Assembly (NCBI GenBank): GCA_047495785.1
Contig: JBLDXI010000017.1
Coordinates: 3,100,001 to 3,164,000, forward strand
Length of the DNA: 64,000 nt
Source: Lepidodermella squamata
Taxonomy: Eukaryota > Animalia > Gastrotricha
Reading direction: 5' to 3'
The position numbers and the translations under genes were made by a program. The notes under the pieces were generated by a model that saw nothing but the letters and a program-made list of their open reading frames with translations, was not told the origin of the DNA and did no database searches. Positions 11,989-26,922 of the stretch are shown here, one piece after another; position 1 is the stretch's first letter; each line of letters begins with the position of its first letter.

Positions 11989-14900
11989 TCAGACTCGCCT
12001 CGCTGAACTGTCGTGTCCGGCAAGAATGTACAGATCAAGCGACGGTTCACCCTCGGTAGGTCGGCACTCGATAACTACGAGACCAGTCGAACCGACTAGC
12101 CGGAACTCCCGGCTAGGATCTAGTAGATCTTGAGTCACGCCAGGTTCCCAAGAGCTTGACTGGTCCGTTTGATTGCTTTGATTTTGTGGTGGCTGTTGTT
12201 GATGCTGATGCCTCGCTTGGTGCACTGCCATAAGACTTCGACCTTGTATGCCATGAGTGTGAAATGCTATCGCTGTCATCGGCCGCTTGGTCAGAACTAG
12301 CGAGTCAATCGGAAATGGGAACACTAACTGAGATGCGAGCGCGTCCTGAGCAAGTTGGCCGTCGGATTGCATAGCAGGCTGACACAGCCTGCCGCCCAGG
12401 TCGACGACTTTGACAAATCGCTCGAAACAAACTAGAAGTGAGACACTTTGCGGCGGGAAAAGCAACTGGGCAAAATGCACGACACGCAGCGGTTCGCCCC
12501 TTAGAACGCCCCAAGCGCTTTCGTAAATGCGGCAAGCGTCCGGATCAACGAAGTGAAGAACCATCGCAAACGACGGGTCCATCGAGGAGAACGCAGCAAA
12601 AGCGACGTGAGGTAGCGGCCACAAAGACGGGTCCGGATACGAATCGACTGAGTACCAACATGACGATGGCGGCCACACAAGTTCGAAGAAGTAGGGCGAC
12701 GGTTCGTCATCAATGTCAGCCGCATACGCGTCACTGCTGTTCGCCGCGGACGAAGAAGAATTAGAGTGAAACAGCGAAGAACGGCCGGGTGCAGACGAGA
12801 GTGTCGACATGCGAATGGGCGGGATAGGGATAGTGATGTTGCACTTGCGAATGAGTTGAAAAGCTGAGGATTCTGGAGTCCAGTAGAAAAATAAAATATG
12901 ATCTGGCATTAGGCACGCGAGAATCGATCGGCTGCGGTTATCGATGTTGGGCGGACCACCCGATGCCGAACCAACACAAGAAGTCCGCGGTCTTACATTC
13001 ATGGAACACCGAATACAGCCCCGAGTCCCAGACAACTTCACAGAATAACCTAAAAATATAATTATGAATTGAGATGCAATTACGGCAAAAAATTGCACAA
13101 ACTCTCTTTCACATGGGCGGTTCGCTTAAGAAACGCTGGAAACTGACTCACGGCAGCAGCTATGGAGAGCGAGCGAATTTTAGTCGAAGAGCCCGTGCTG
13201 CTGGCAACACTCTCTGAACTGTGCGTCTGCGAGGACATTTCGTCGACTGAAACAGACGATTCGCGTTGCTTCGACCGTGACATGCCATTGAGAGTAGATG
13301 ATGGTAGTGACTCTATGATTTGCCGACGCCAGGAAGCCAAGTCGTGTACCCAGACTCTCGTCGATTCCGCAGCGTGGCCACTTCCAACGACATTGCCAAT
13401 CGTTTTCGCCAGTTGCTTTGGTTGGGATATTGACAGCGAAACAGCAAAATCGCTGTCGTCAACAACACCGACCCAGTAGCACAGTTTTGATTGCACGGTT
13501 AGGAGCTCGCCATCCTGAAGCTGAGAAACTTCGAACGCCATCAAGCCAGATTGCTCAGTGGCCAGAAGGAGATACGTTTCTATGAAAAAGTAAAAATATA
13601 GAAGATATACGATGATAGAATCTAAAAATCAAAATTAGTCTCATGATTTTATGCTTGCATGTTCGATTAAGCAAACTGAAAATTCACCAGGGTAAGTATT
13701 TATGTTATCGATATACGATCATACCTTCTTTATTAGACAATTCCGACGGGGACCAAGCCGCTGAAGCTAGAACTTTCTCGGGGCAATTATCGAAAACTTT
13801 CAACAACCCAGCGCCCATAAAGACAGCGCCAACAGATGGAATGGCTGGACCGTTATCATTTTTGTCGCTCTTTGTTTCGGCATCACTTTTTAGCTCCGAC
13901 TTCGGTCGCGGCGGAGGGGTTGGCGGTTGCGATACAGGTCGTCTGTAAATGCAAGTTGAATCTACATTATGAAGATCTCTAGTAAGCAATAATTTACCTA
14001 TCACGAGATGGCATTAGCGTACTGTATTAACAACATAACATCAAATCAAAATTGATGTAATTATTTAAGAACTTACTCTTCGATTTCTTCCGGCCGGCTC
14101 GGAGCGGCCTCAACCGGAGGGTGCCGAGGTTGCGGTAGCATATTAGCCGCAAGCTGGCGGTTTTTCGCTATGACTAATTGCCGAGTCAACAGCCGAGTAA
14201 GACCAAGACGAGAAAAGAGTATATGCTGCAGTAATTCATCGGCTGACGGCCTGCGGTTTGGAGCTTTCGTGAGACCTGGTGCAATTATTAGTAATAACAA
14301 AAAAACTTTATGAAATATAGCTCACATCGAGCAACGAAATCCCGAAACGCTACTGACCAGCGATCAGGTTCTTTCAGTTTCGGCGGCTTGTAACCAGGAG
14401 TACTGAGCAATGCAACGACTCGCATCTGTTCCATATCGTACAACGGCGGTTCGCCCTCGGCAAATTCGATGGCTGTAATGCCAAGAGACCAAATGTCGCA
14501 TTTCAAGTCGTAACCTCCAGAACGACGCTCCACAGAGCATACTTCTGGCGCCATCCAGTAAGGTGTTCCGATGAGAGTGAAACGCTTTGATAATGATGCA
14601 CAGCTTGCTGCAATGCCCAAATCGCCAAGTTTTATGTCTCCCATATCAGTAAGCAAAACATTAGCGCCTTTCATGTCGCGATGCATCATACCCCTGCCAT
14701 GCAGAAAAGCCAATGCCCGAAGTAATTCTCGTAGAACAAAGGCCAAAGCCGGCTCTGTGATAGCGTAAGATGCGACTCTGACTATGTCAGCCATTGATCC
14801 ACCGCCGCAATATTCCAAGACAATGTAAAACTTTTTTTCGGCAAGGAAACAGCGATTATAGCAGCCAAGAAAAGAAACGATATTTGGGTGAAGACATTTA

Positions 14901-15103
14901 CGCATGGCATCAACTTCGCGTTCGAGCTGGCCAAAGTCATCTCCAATTTGCAGCTGTATTTCTTTAATGGCAACTATTTGGCCGGTAACTTTATGTTTCG
15001 CTTTATGAACAACTCCATAAGTTCCACGGCCAATCAGGCCCTCCTGAAATTCAAAGTCATCTTGCGGGCGATGCTGGCTGAAGATCGGCTGCTCTCCATA
15101 CAT
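11989..15103 (-). CDS. GCK-I STE20 kinase with CNH domain (MAP4K3/5, happyhour-like), multi-exon
   Basis: IGRGTYG, HRDMKGANVLL, DLG, TLIGTPYWMAPEV..VERRSGGYDLKCDIWSLGITAIE, PPTPPPRP linker, CNH-like region ending LDLYILAGH. Confidence 0.9.
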
Positions 15104-15459
15104 TCTCCATACATAAGAACTAAAAACTAGGAAAAATCATTACTATTATGGCTGCGGTGACAGCTATGGGGCGAACGAAAGACTACGCCTAAGAAACACG
15201 TATCATCAATAGAATCAGATTCGGTGATCAAGAAAGCCATACTACATACTACAGCTCGCATTCACAACTCAACAAAAAATCTCAAGCCAAGAAATGAAAA
15301 CGGACTCAAAAATCAATAAAAAATCAAGCGTATTTTTGAGGATTTTTAAAACACACGCATAATTTAATAAAACAATAAAAATTATTTCATGAATAGTAAT
15401 ATAATTTCTAACAAAAATTCAAAAAAAAATTCAAAATCCAAGGACGCGCGGGAGATCCG

Positions 15460-15752
15460 GTTTTCCCCGCTCTCAGCTGACTGATCGGGTAACTGTGATC
15501 ATTAATTGATAGTCGTATCTGTCTGAGGCGATACGAATAAAATTGTCTTATGTCTTATGTCTTATGACTGATCGGAGTCTGACTATTTATTAAGCTGTGT
15601 CGGCCTGGCGGCCTTTGACAGTGACGGGGAAACTCCCCGCTATTTAAGCATACGCTCATATCCTCCTTGACGTAGGTACGGACGGACGGACGGAACGCGC
15701 CCCACGACAACGGGTTTCCCCGTCACTGACCGACCGGGGTCTGACTACTTAT
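15460..15752. repeat. Small composite repeat, possibly a MITE remnant, upstream of MAP4K
   Basis: 15-bp inverted repeat CAGTGACGGGGAAAC (about 15619-15633 / 15713-15727) plus direct repeats TGACYGAYCGGRGTCTGACTAYTTATT (about 15565 and 15726), (TGTCTTA)3 and (GGAC)n. Confidence 0.6.
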
Positions 15753-17545
15753 TCATTGGCAATTCCTGATGCTTGGCAAAAGAGACAAAATATAATGACC
15801 AAGCTCTGCAAAGCAGAGTGCACCGGCACTCATGATGAAGTCGCTCACTTTACCTGTTGAATTCCGTGCTCCAAAAAGTGGGTTTCTGTCTCGTAACCGG
15901 TCAGGCGATTTTGAAAACTTTCTCTAGCTTTAAATTACCAAAACATGACATATCTATAGTTTGAATTCAGACTTCATCCGTCAACTGAATTCAAGCCGCC
16001 TACGCTGTGGAATTCAGTGGATGCTGGTCGAGCGCGGCAACGCCAACTCCGTGTGCAGATTCGTCTGGAACATAATCCAATGGTCCGGCGCTACACCGAA
16101 GCTACGCTTCGAACGATTGAGCGACGTGCTTGAAATTGGGCGCGTAGCACTGACCGTTCTTCGGAACAATATGAATCGACTACGCTTGCCGCTGCTTCTG
16201 CCAAGGTTTTTTGTTGTTACCAGGTGCCGTGACCAGGTGCCGTGCTGGCACTAGCGGCGGTTGATGGTGACGCCGTGTTCGAGCGGGTCGCCCCTTGAAT
16301 GACGGTGGTTATCCACCTTACTTCGGGAAACGGCGACATGGGCGCGTTTACAAAATGAGGCTGTTGCTTCGCTTGTAGCTTCACAGCAATGACCACAGCA
16401 ATGGCGAAGTATGCTTTTACAGCGAGGGACGTGCGGTACTCTTTAATTATTAGTTATCGGCTCGCGATTCAATGCGGCATTGCGGTATCTGCATCACAGG
16501 TAAGACATGGTTTGCTTCGAATCCTTCAAGGCGATCCTTTTAAGAAGAACTTCGAGAGCGAATGCGCAAAAAAGGTTTTTATTGCTAATAGCGCGGAGGA
16601 GTTGGCTCAGTTTGGTGCCGCAAAATGGAGCACACTGATTAATTCATTAGCCAAACGATACATTATGAACAGCAAAAAACTACTGCCTGAGCACGTATTT
16701 GGCACCAAGCTAACCGAGCCAATATCGAATTTGTCAATCGTCTTAACGTTCTCGGCGAAAGTGTCGCTCATCGCCATGAGTCCAGTCATATCTTTTATAG
16801 GTTGCACTCGGCTGTAATCCATGTCATGTTTCCGCTGACATCGAGCTGGACGTTGCGGCTCCCTTTGAACAGTACTTCTGCGCGCACTTTTTGTCGTCTT
16901 TAGCGCCATGCATGATTTGACAACAGAATTCATGACATTATGAGTACATGACGTTCTTTATTTTTCTAACAATTATATTATGCACCCTCTTTATTTAAAA
17001 CCACAGAAAATAAATACAACTTTGGGTGAAATTCGCTCTGAAAATCAACAGATAGCCCTAATGAGACAGGTCTCCATCCTGGTTCCATCCTGCATGTCGC
17101 AGCCAGTATCACTAACACCCTCGATTAAATCCGTCGCTACACTTGGTTGTTACAGCCGGCCCTGCTTGTCGCTCCGTCCGCTCGCGCTGCTGCCAGTGGA
17201 CCGAAGGGCCGTTTGGGTTCTCGGTCGTGATGGCGCACATGGCCGTGTTCGGAACTCAGCGCCACCTCGAGGCGAATTAACTGGAGACACTGACACCATG
17301 CCTCACTTGGAAGATTTCGCATCTGTATGCCAATAACAAGCTCCATTTACATCTTAAATTGATTAAAAAGTGAAAGTTACTCTTCTGCGGAAAGAGAAAC
17401 AACTTATGGCCTTATGAGCCTTATGCTGCGCTGCTCGCCACGATCGGTTCGACTTTTTTACTTCGAAATTGTGATGCGGCTACAGACGAAGGAATTTAAT
17501 TATTATAATGAAAATAAAAATTAAAAACCTTTATTTGTATTTTTC

Positions 17546-18038
17546 TTAAATTGTTTGCTGAAAATAAATTCGGCTTATTTTTGCCAGCACTCCGAGGGCC
17601 GCGCGCCCGGCAGCCAACGCCGCTTTCGTCGAATCGCGTTTAGATTGAGAGCTTGCAGCCGCGTGTTGAAGAACGGAAGGGTCAAGATGCTCTGGATGAT
17701 TTTCCTAGCAGCTTTCATCTTTTACGGGCGTATAACTTGAGAAATTTATGTAGTTCTCTTTTTTACTTCCTGTACCGTGTAATGCATATTGTCACGCGCC
17801 GGCGCGAACCCCTTCACTTCTTTGACAACATGTGACTTACGGCCATCTTCCCAGCCACGTGGGAGCCTACTATTTTCGTTGAAGTCGCTCTTCATACTTC
17901 TGAAAGCCCGCTGGTAAAATATGCTGTTGTCGTGTTTCGGAAAGCTTTTAGGCACCAGAAAGCCGTTTCCATATTCCATAATACGCAATTCGCGATTCAA
18001 ATTGCTCCTATGTCTCCAACGCTCTGACGCAGCCGATC
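17546..18038 (-). CDS. Putative small spliced protein of unknown function, divergent from LSm8
   Basis: ORF ..MEYGNGFLVPKSF..RDNMHYT can splice in phase 0 (GTACAG..CTAG) to ENHPEHLDPSVLQH..; no family recognised; boundaries uncertain. Confidence 0.35.
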
Positions 18039-18366
18039 TAAGGTTAGGAATGAACTAGTTGTGGTAAAGGAGGCTTACTTATTTGCTTGAATTTTTATCC
18101 CACCGCGCGGCTAGCTGTTAGGCTAGCAAACAGTTCCTCAATTAAATGAATTTTTATCCATCAACACTACGCAATAAACTGAGGTCCCGGACTTTTTCTA
18201 AGCCACACAGCGTCCGTTTTATATCAAACTTGCTTTCGTGATACAAACGTTAGCGTATGCTGTCTTTTTTAGCCTCAACTCTTAATTCGTTTCAAAGATA
18301 AGATTCAACGTTGTGACTAATATTTGATGATATATGTTTATGATAGGTTTGCCATTAACTTCAATC

Positions 18367-18657
18367 ATGGCTGCCACTCTCGAGTCTTATGTTAACCGCA
18401 GCGTTTTGGTCATAACTGGCGATGGTCGCGTTATCGTAGGAACTTTGAAAGGATTCGATCAGACAATCAATATCGTGTTAGATGATTCTCACGAGAGAGT
18501 GTTTAGCACTGCCGAAGGCGTTGACCGAGTTAATCTTGGCCTGTACATCATTCGCGGTGACAATGTAGCAGTTGTAGGAGAAGTGGATGTTGATCTCGAC
18601 AGAAAATTGGATATGACAAAGCTCAAGGCCGAGCCTTTGAACCCTATTATACACTAG
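18367..18657 (+). CDS. LSM8: U6 snRNA-associated Sm-like protein LSm8
   Basis: MAATLESYVNRSVLVITGDGR..KGFDQTINIVLDDSHERVFS..LGLYIIRGDNVAVVGE; intronless. Confidence 0.96.
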   Translation: MAATLESYVNRSVLVITGDGRVIVGTLKGFDQTINIVLDDSHERVFSTAEGVDRVNLGLYIIRGDNVAVVGEVDVDLDRKLDMTKLKAEPLNPIIH

Positions 18658-18818
18658 TCTTGCTCGATTCATTTCCGTTGCTGATAGGCTTTCCATTTTT
18701 CTTTTTATACGTTTTTTCTTGGCCCATTAAAAGTGGCCATCCAATTTGGCTTTTGTCGAATTATTTGAATTTTATTGTTTTGTTGTAGACAGTTTTATAA
18801 CTGTTCGTTTAAAGAAAA

Positions 18819-19097
18819 ATGGCCCGTCGTACCAAGAAGGTCGGAATCGTTGGCAAGTACGGTACTCGCTATGGTGCTAGCTTGCGTAAAACCGTCAAGA
18901 AGATCGAAATTTCGCAACACGCCAAGTACACCTGCTCTTTCTGCGGCAAGGACACCATGCGGCGGAAGGTCGTCGGAATCTGGTCGTGCAAGGCTTGCAA
19001 AAAGACCGTCGCTGGAGGCGCGTTCGTCTACGCCACCACTGCCGCCGTCACTGTTCGTTCGGCCATTCGTCGTCTCCGTGATTTGAAGGAGAATTAA
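18819..19097 (+). CDS. RPL37A: 60S ribosomal protein L37a (eL43)
   Basis: [25 protein letters not shown]4 zinc finger CSFCGK..WSCKAC. Confidence 0.98.
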   Translation: MARRTKKVGIVGKYGTRYGASLRKTVKKIEISQHAKYTCSFCGKDTMRRKVVGIWSCKACKKTVAGGAFVYATTAAVTVRSAIRRLRDLKEN

Positions 19098-19175
19098 AGA
19101 AGAAGTTGCTGTGCAAGAGTTTAGATTGCTAATGATTGATGACAGTCAATCTTTTATTGGAGAATGAGCTAATAA

Positions 19176-20909
<1,734 letters not shown>

Positions 20910-21394
20910 TTCAGTTCCGAGATAATCAACATTTTTTATAATTTGTTGCAACCCCTGTTTTTATTGTGGTCAGCTGCTTGTTTTAATATGAGCGTTACCC
21001 CCTAAATTATATAAAAAGCGAGTGATTGGATTTTATATTATTACATCATTTGAAACTGAAAGCGATTTTTGTTTGGTTTTTTGCGTTTCCATTCACGTGT
21101 CTTCTGCCACGCAAAGCGATTTTGTACCGAAGCAGCGTTGTGCATACTCTTCTGTTATGTTGTGCTCGGCCTAGGCAAGGCCGGCCAGTGATGTGAATGC
21201 CATTCACGCGAAGCCTCGTGGATATTCTCAGCATTTTTACTTCTTAACATGATCTCAACTTGCGTGTTTTGTCGCGCACGCGTTTTTATTGTTTAATTTA
21301 TTTGATATTATATTCGATAATATAATTATGAATAAAAACTTATGTTCTTGATAATCATTTTTGTATTTGATTTTTAGGATTATAATTTGTTAAT

Positions 21395-24300
21395 ATGGCC
21401 TCATCATCAGTTTACCTCGAAAGTCTGTTTGATGGAAAACCGCCTAAGAAATCTCAGCCACCTCCTCAGCCTCAGAAGATACCAGACACCATTGACCCTT
21501 CTTTGGATGATGTATCGGTCTGGCAGGTAAATACCTTTTACTCGATAAACCAAATTATCAATGTGTTAAGGAGGACTTTTGCTTAACAGTGTTCGTTTAT
21601 TCACCTTCGATTTTTTCAACAGGTTCTCGCGTCTCAGACTGAGTATCTTCAGAAACTTGAACTAGCAAACAAACGATTTCACGAGGAATCCAAATTTTTG
21701 CGTGAAAACCTGCGTAATTTGGTCGAGGACAACTCGCGTCTGTATTCAGAGCTCAAAGGCTGTCTATCTCAACGAATCGAAGAGCTAGCAGACAAACGAG
21801 CCCAGGCTACATCTGCCGTGAACAAGTCAAATGGCAAGGAAGCCTCTGAAGAGGGAAGCGAGGATGACGATGAAGAAGCAGAAGATGAAGAGGAAGAGGA
21901 ACTGCAAACTCGGAACACGTCAGCTACTGTTCAACAAAACGCTCGATCTTTCAGCGAGCGGCTTTCGTCATCTAAACCACCTAGCCAGCAACAGCAGCAA
22001 AATCGTTCCGAAAGTAGTCTGGACACATCAAAGCAACCGAAAGCCTTGTCAAATTTGGTCAGAATGCATGCATCTCGCGCTGACCGTCTCGAATCTGAAG
22101 TTCGAGCCTTGAAAACTCAACTCGATTCCAGCCGTTTGATAATCAGTGAATTGAAAGCTGCGGCTCGGGATGGCTCAACTGCTGGTTCGACGAGTGGCGG
22201 ATCACTTCAGGTCGATGCGGATTCAATGCTGAAGTTGATGAACGAGCGAGACGAAGCTGTTGGTCGCATTGCGAGATTAGTCGATCGTTTGAATGTTTGC
22301 GATCAGCATCGCCAGGCGCTTGAATCTGACCTCCGTGATGCTTTAAAATTGGTAGATGAGGCAGTTCGCGATAAACAAATGGCCATCGATGAGAAAATGC
22401 GAATGGGGGAGCGCATTGGTGAAATTGAGCGGAAAATTGAGGAAGAGCGAGATTCGGCAGATCGACGACTCGAGCAAGCTGTTAAGGTTTGCTTTTTTAT
22501 GCCATTTTAACTCCGATTCATGAATCCGCGATCGTTGTATCTTGCAAAATTGATGATCAGAAATTGATAGCGTGAGCAACTCGGGAAATTCTGAGAATTT
22601 TGTCGTCCGACGGTGGACAAGTAGCGAGTAGCTTTGGACGTTTATTTACATCAACCCGTATAATCTTGATCCCAGATGAAGATTAGCGGAAATTATTTTG
22701 TGGTGTTTTACGCTGATTCCGAATCTGAAAACAAATATTTTTAACTCGAATGGCTTCATCCGGTATTTTGATATTGAGCACTATAAGTCATTTATTAGCA
22801 TTGTAAATTGAAGCGACCTCTGGACGTGACACGGCGTTTTTACCGCCTCGATTTCGCCGATTACATATATCAGTAGCTGTAACATTTCCTACATCGCCAC
22901 TAACAATCAAGCCATTTTATGATGAAGAAAAGTTTCCTGACACCCTGTAGTCGAACCGATACCATCATTCTTCATATTCTTGTCCGATTTCACTGTGAAC
23001 CTGAAATGCGATTGCTACGGAGTTCCCAAGTAGTGTAGGCTTATTGATTTAAGCTGGTCGATTATTTTCAACAAAGAGAAGGAATTATCCGCAATAATTT
23101 AGATGGGCCTAAATGGGTATTTTGCAATAAACCATGTTCAAGCCAAAGTTACAACGGCTCCTCCTAGACCAATATCTTTGCCGACAGGAAAGTCTTCATC
23201 TTTCGTTTGATATGGCCTTACCCATAAGAGGAAACCCATGACATGAGCCATTACCCACATTTTTGTGCCAAACTTGGTCGAATTTTCGCGCAGTACGGTT
23301 GGATCAGGTTAGACATCAGGTTAGACCCCTGAAGTCTACCATGATTTCGTCGACTGAGAGCCATTCAGCCGCGGTGAATCTGTAGAAGCTCTTGCTTAGT
23401 ATATCGAACCACAGACCCAATTTGCACACAGGTGGTTTTTCGCCTCGTCTTCATCCTTCACCCTCGTATCATCGACGAAATGTAGAAGCCGCTATAAGTT
23501 CATGGAGTGTCTCGCGCTATGGAGTCGGCGATTACAGGAATTCTTGTCATACCATCCCAGTAGCTCCGAGACACCCTTCAATAGCCATAACCCAATATAG
23601 ACCTGGGACTCCCCGACTTTGGCATCACGTTCTTTGTTTCACAAATACGCGTCTTACGGCCCGGGGACATGGAATCGGGCAAGGAATTTCGATCGCAGAT
23701 CATATGCGCACCCAGTTTAACGTAGTCATTCAGGACTCATATCTCCTCTTAATCTTACATTTCCTATCGCTAGTGATTCTATATTGCTCGGCAGTTGCTT
23801 CGAGACCGAAATCTGTAGTTATTATTTCGCTTATATAAAGCCTTAACTTGGTAGAGAATCTGTCGGTTTCAAACATTGGGATATTAATTTTGCGATTCTC
23901 ACATATTACTCAATTTCTTTCTGTTTCAGGTTATTCGCGCTGCTGCGAGTGAACAAGTGAAAGCGGCTGAAGACAAAATGGCATTGGCGGTAGCCGAGTC
24001 GCTGCGACACGAGCAAAAAGCTGCCCGCCTAGCCCGAGAACAACGTCGATTGGCTCAAGAACTCGAGCAAGTCCGCAGCGAAGCCGCGAAATTCGAGCAG
24101 GAACTAGCCGATGCTAACTCCGACTTCAAGGCCACGTTAGCTCGCGTCCTATCCGACCGCGATATCGCCCTTCGTGAACTGAGTCGCATGCGGGCATTGA
24201 CCTCGCAAGAACGTGGCGATTTAGACACTGATCGAACTCGCTTAGCTGAGCAGCTGCGCATGGCTAGAGGTCAGATCGCCGATTGCCAGCAAGAATTGAA

Positions 24301-25617
24301 TGCCATGGCCGCTGAGCGTCTGCAGGCAGTCTCTCAAATGAATGACGCCCTGGCCCAGGTTAGCTTCGTGGAACAGATTCTCCATGACTTCGGAAATGTG
24401 TGTTCAAACGATAAGGACTAAAGAAAAATTCTGATTTTTGTTTTCTTCATTTTAGTTGCACACTTTCTGTTACTTTTTTTGAAAATTCACGTGAAAATTG
24501 ATTTTGTGTTCAGAATTGAAAAATCTACGCATGACAAACACATTCTTGCTTCGCTTCAATTCACTTGCATTTGAGAGCTCGGATTTCGGAATACTTACTG
24601 AACATTCAGAAAAATTCGAAATTCGAGCCTTCAAGTTTCTTTAGTTTTGACTTATTTTTTTATTATCTCGTAGGTGGAAGCTGAGCGGAGGCAGCGGGCT
24701 GAACTCGAATCTGAAGTTGACGCTGTTCGTCGCGAACTGGCGGCTCATGCCCAGTCGCTGAAGCAGCAGCACGAGGCAAGCGGTGGCGAATTACGCCGAA
24801 TAGTCGAGCAGCAGGCTGACTTGATCCGACGTCTTAGAACCGAATGCGACCGCCTCCTTAACGGATATACCTCAGAAAAGTGAGTTAATTGAAACTTCGG
24901 ATGGGGTTTGACCAGTTTTGGGTACGAAATTCCGAATTGGGCAAAAATTAGCTTGAAAACAAGCGAGAAACATGAAGACTGATTTCATTTTTTCGCTCTT
25001 CTAATGCTTTTCTGTTACACAGGAGTGAAGCAGACCGTCTGAGAGCTGAAAATGCGTTACTGCTGTCCCGCTTGCGTCGATCGCAGGAAGAACTCGGGGC
25101 AGCGCGTTTCGACGCCTCAGCCTCTGCTCAGGTTCAAGACGCCTTACGCTGGCGCATGGCTGAACTCGACGCTCGTGCGAAACAGGCCAAAGCTGAGGTT
25201 GAGGACATACTAGCCCGAAGCCACGGATCTCTGCGCGGCTTGGAAGGTTCAGGCAACAACAACAATAACACCAACAGCAACGGAATCTCGGTTGCAGTCA
25301 ACAAAACTTTGAATGCGCTGAAAGACGAGGAATTGTTGGGGCTGGCGGGTAGTAGCGATGGCGATGATAGTATTGTCAATGAAATGATTTCACGTCTATC
25401 GCCTCGTCATCAGCAACCGCAACAGCAGCATCAGCAAAGCTCTGATCAGCAAGACCGTCGGCTTGAGAACGAACGAGATGTTTCGAGTGACTCGACGGGG
25501 CCGGATGAAGACGACGAGGAGTTGGAAGACGACAGCGATGAAGAAGGCGAGGAGGAGGAAGAAGAGGAGGAAGACATCAATTCCAACGACGTTGACGGCA
25601 ATAACACTGAAGATTGA
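21395..25617 (+). CDS. SDCCAG8/CCCAP-like centrosomal coiled-coil protein, multi-exon
   Basis: QTEYLQKLE..LRENLRNLVEDNSRL and QQADLIRRLRTEC resemble conserved SDCCAG8 blocks; long coiled coil; acidic tail; exons joined by GT-AG introns. Confidence 0.6.
23005..23605 (-). pseudogene. Degenerate piggyBac transposase relic in an intron of the SDCCAG8-like gene
   Basis: Manual minus-strand translation with stops and frameshifts: VYIGLWLLKG, RSYWDGMTRIPVIADSIAR, LLHFVDD, WLSVDEIMVDFRG, KFGTKMWVMA..GFLLWVRPYQ..GLGGAVV, IIADNSF, LRSNR. Absent from the ORF track. Confidence 0.85.
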
Positions 25618-26922
25618 ATTTTCTGTGATTTTTTTCATCTCTCACATAACAATTGCAATTTTGAAAAAACATGTGAGCTTAAGGTGGAGTTTTTTACTAA
25701 TAATTTTCTGCTTTTTATCATTCAATATCAAAATCTCATTCTTATTTACTTTTAATAAATACGCACACTGTGATTATCTTGAATGGCATGCAATTTGTGA
25801 CAAGTGATATTTCGATAGACCGATGTGAGCAAAGTCTCTTTAACTGCCTCGAATGGTACAAGAAAGAACAATCGTGATATTGACTCGCTTCAAAATAAAA
25901 GAAGTTTGTGTCATACTTCGTTTCATTTTATTCTAGAATCTCGCATTACTTCGAACAGACTACACCTGGAGTCTGTGCTTTTTGACACTTCGAAATTCAT
26001 TTCATGAAATGCTGAGATGAAACATTGTTATAGAAGCAAGATCTGTTATGTTAGGCGTGTCCTTGAGTTTTGTTGCAAATACTGTCAATTATATTACGAT
26101 ATTATGTCGAATAAATTTCTTTAAGCATCAATAAGTGTCCTTTTGAAACGGTTCCAGTGCGCACACGCATTCCACATGATCACGGATTTTGGACCTTGAG
26201 TAAATTTCAGGATCTGACTTTTAGGTCACGTTGCGGCTGCACCTTTTTTTGGAAAAGTGCTCGTGAAGTCTTGGAGGAAGTTCGTGGCGTCGGCTTCCAG
26301 TTATTCGAACGGAGCATAGCGCATGCATATTTTGAACATGGCGTAATTTCCTGGTACTTATCATTTTTGCTGAAAATTTCAGGAATTAGATTTCCGCGCG
26401 TATGAAAATAATAGAATTAGGGCCTAATATGTTTCGGTATTTGTGCTAAATTGGTATGAGCTACTTGCTCGTACTAGATTGCAATGGGTAAGTACTTGAG
26501 CTACTTGGGCAAGGACGTATGGTTTCTTTTACCGAATTTCTTAACTAATCTTAGAGGAGAATTTTCAGAATTAGCGCGTCCCGACCCATTGGAAGGCCTC
26601 CTTGATAGCTTAAATGATCGCGTTTCACGCGGTTCAAGCGCTGCTGGCAGTAGTGATCAAGCGGCGGAGTGCGGCGCATTGAAGCGAGTGACTAGCCCGC
26701 TAGTCATCGCAAGAACGACTCTGATCGGCCTAGTGGCCGGGGCGTCGGCATTTATCGCAACATGGCAAACAGGGGTGCGGGGACCACGGTCGTCCAGCTG
26801 TTGTAGTGAGTCTCACATCATGATAGATTTCAACTCGATAGCTACGAGCAATCCTTTTTTGCTCATCGCCGGTGACAAGGAACCTGAGCATGAACATTAC
26901 TTTTCATTGAAAACTAGATATT

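Noticed and set aside
23392-23838. 148-aa plus-strand ORF in the SDCCAG8-like intron
   Set aside because: Antisense shadow of the piggyBac relic.
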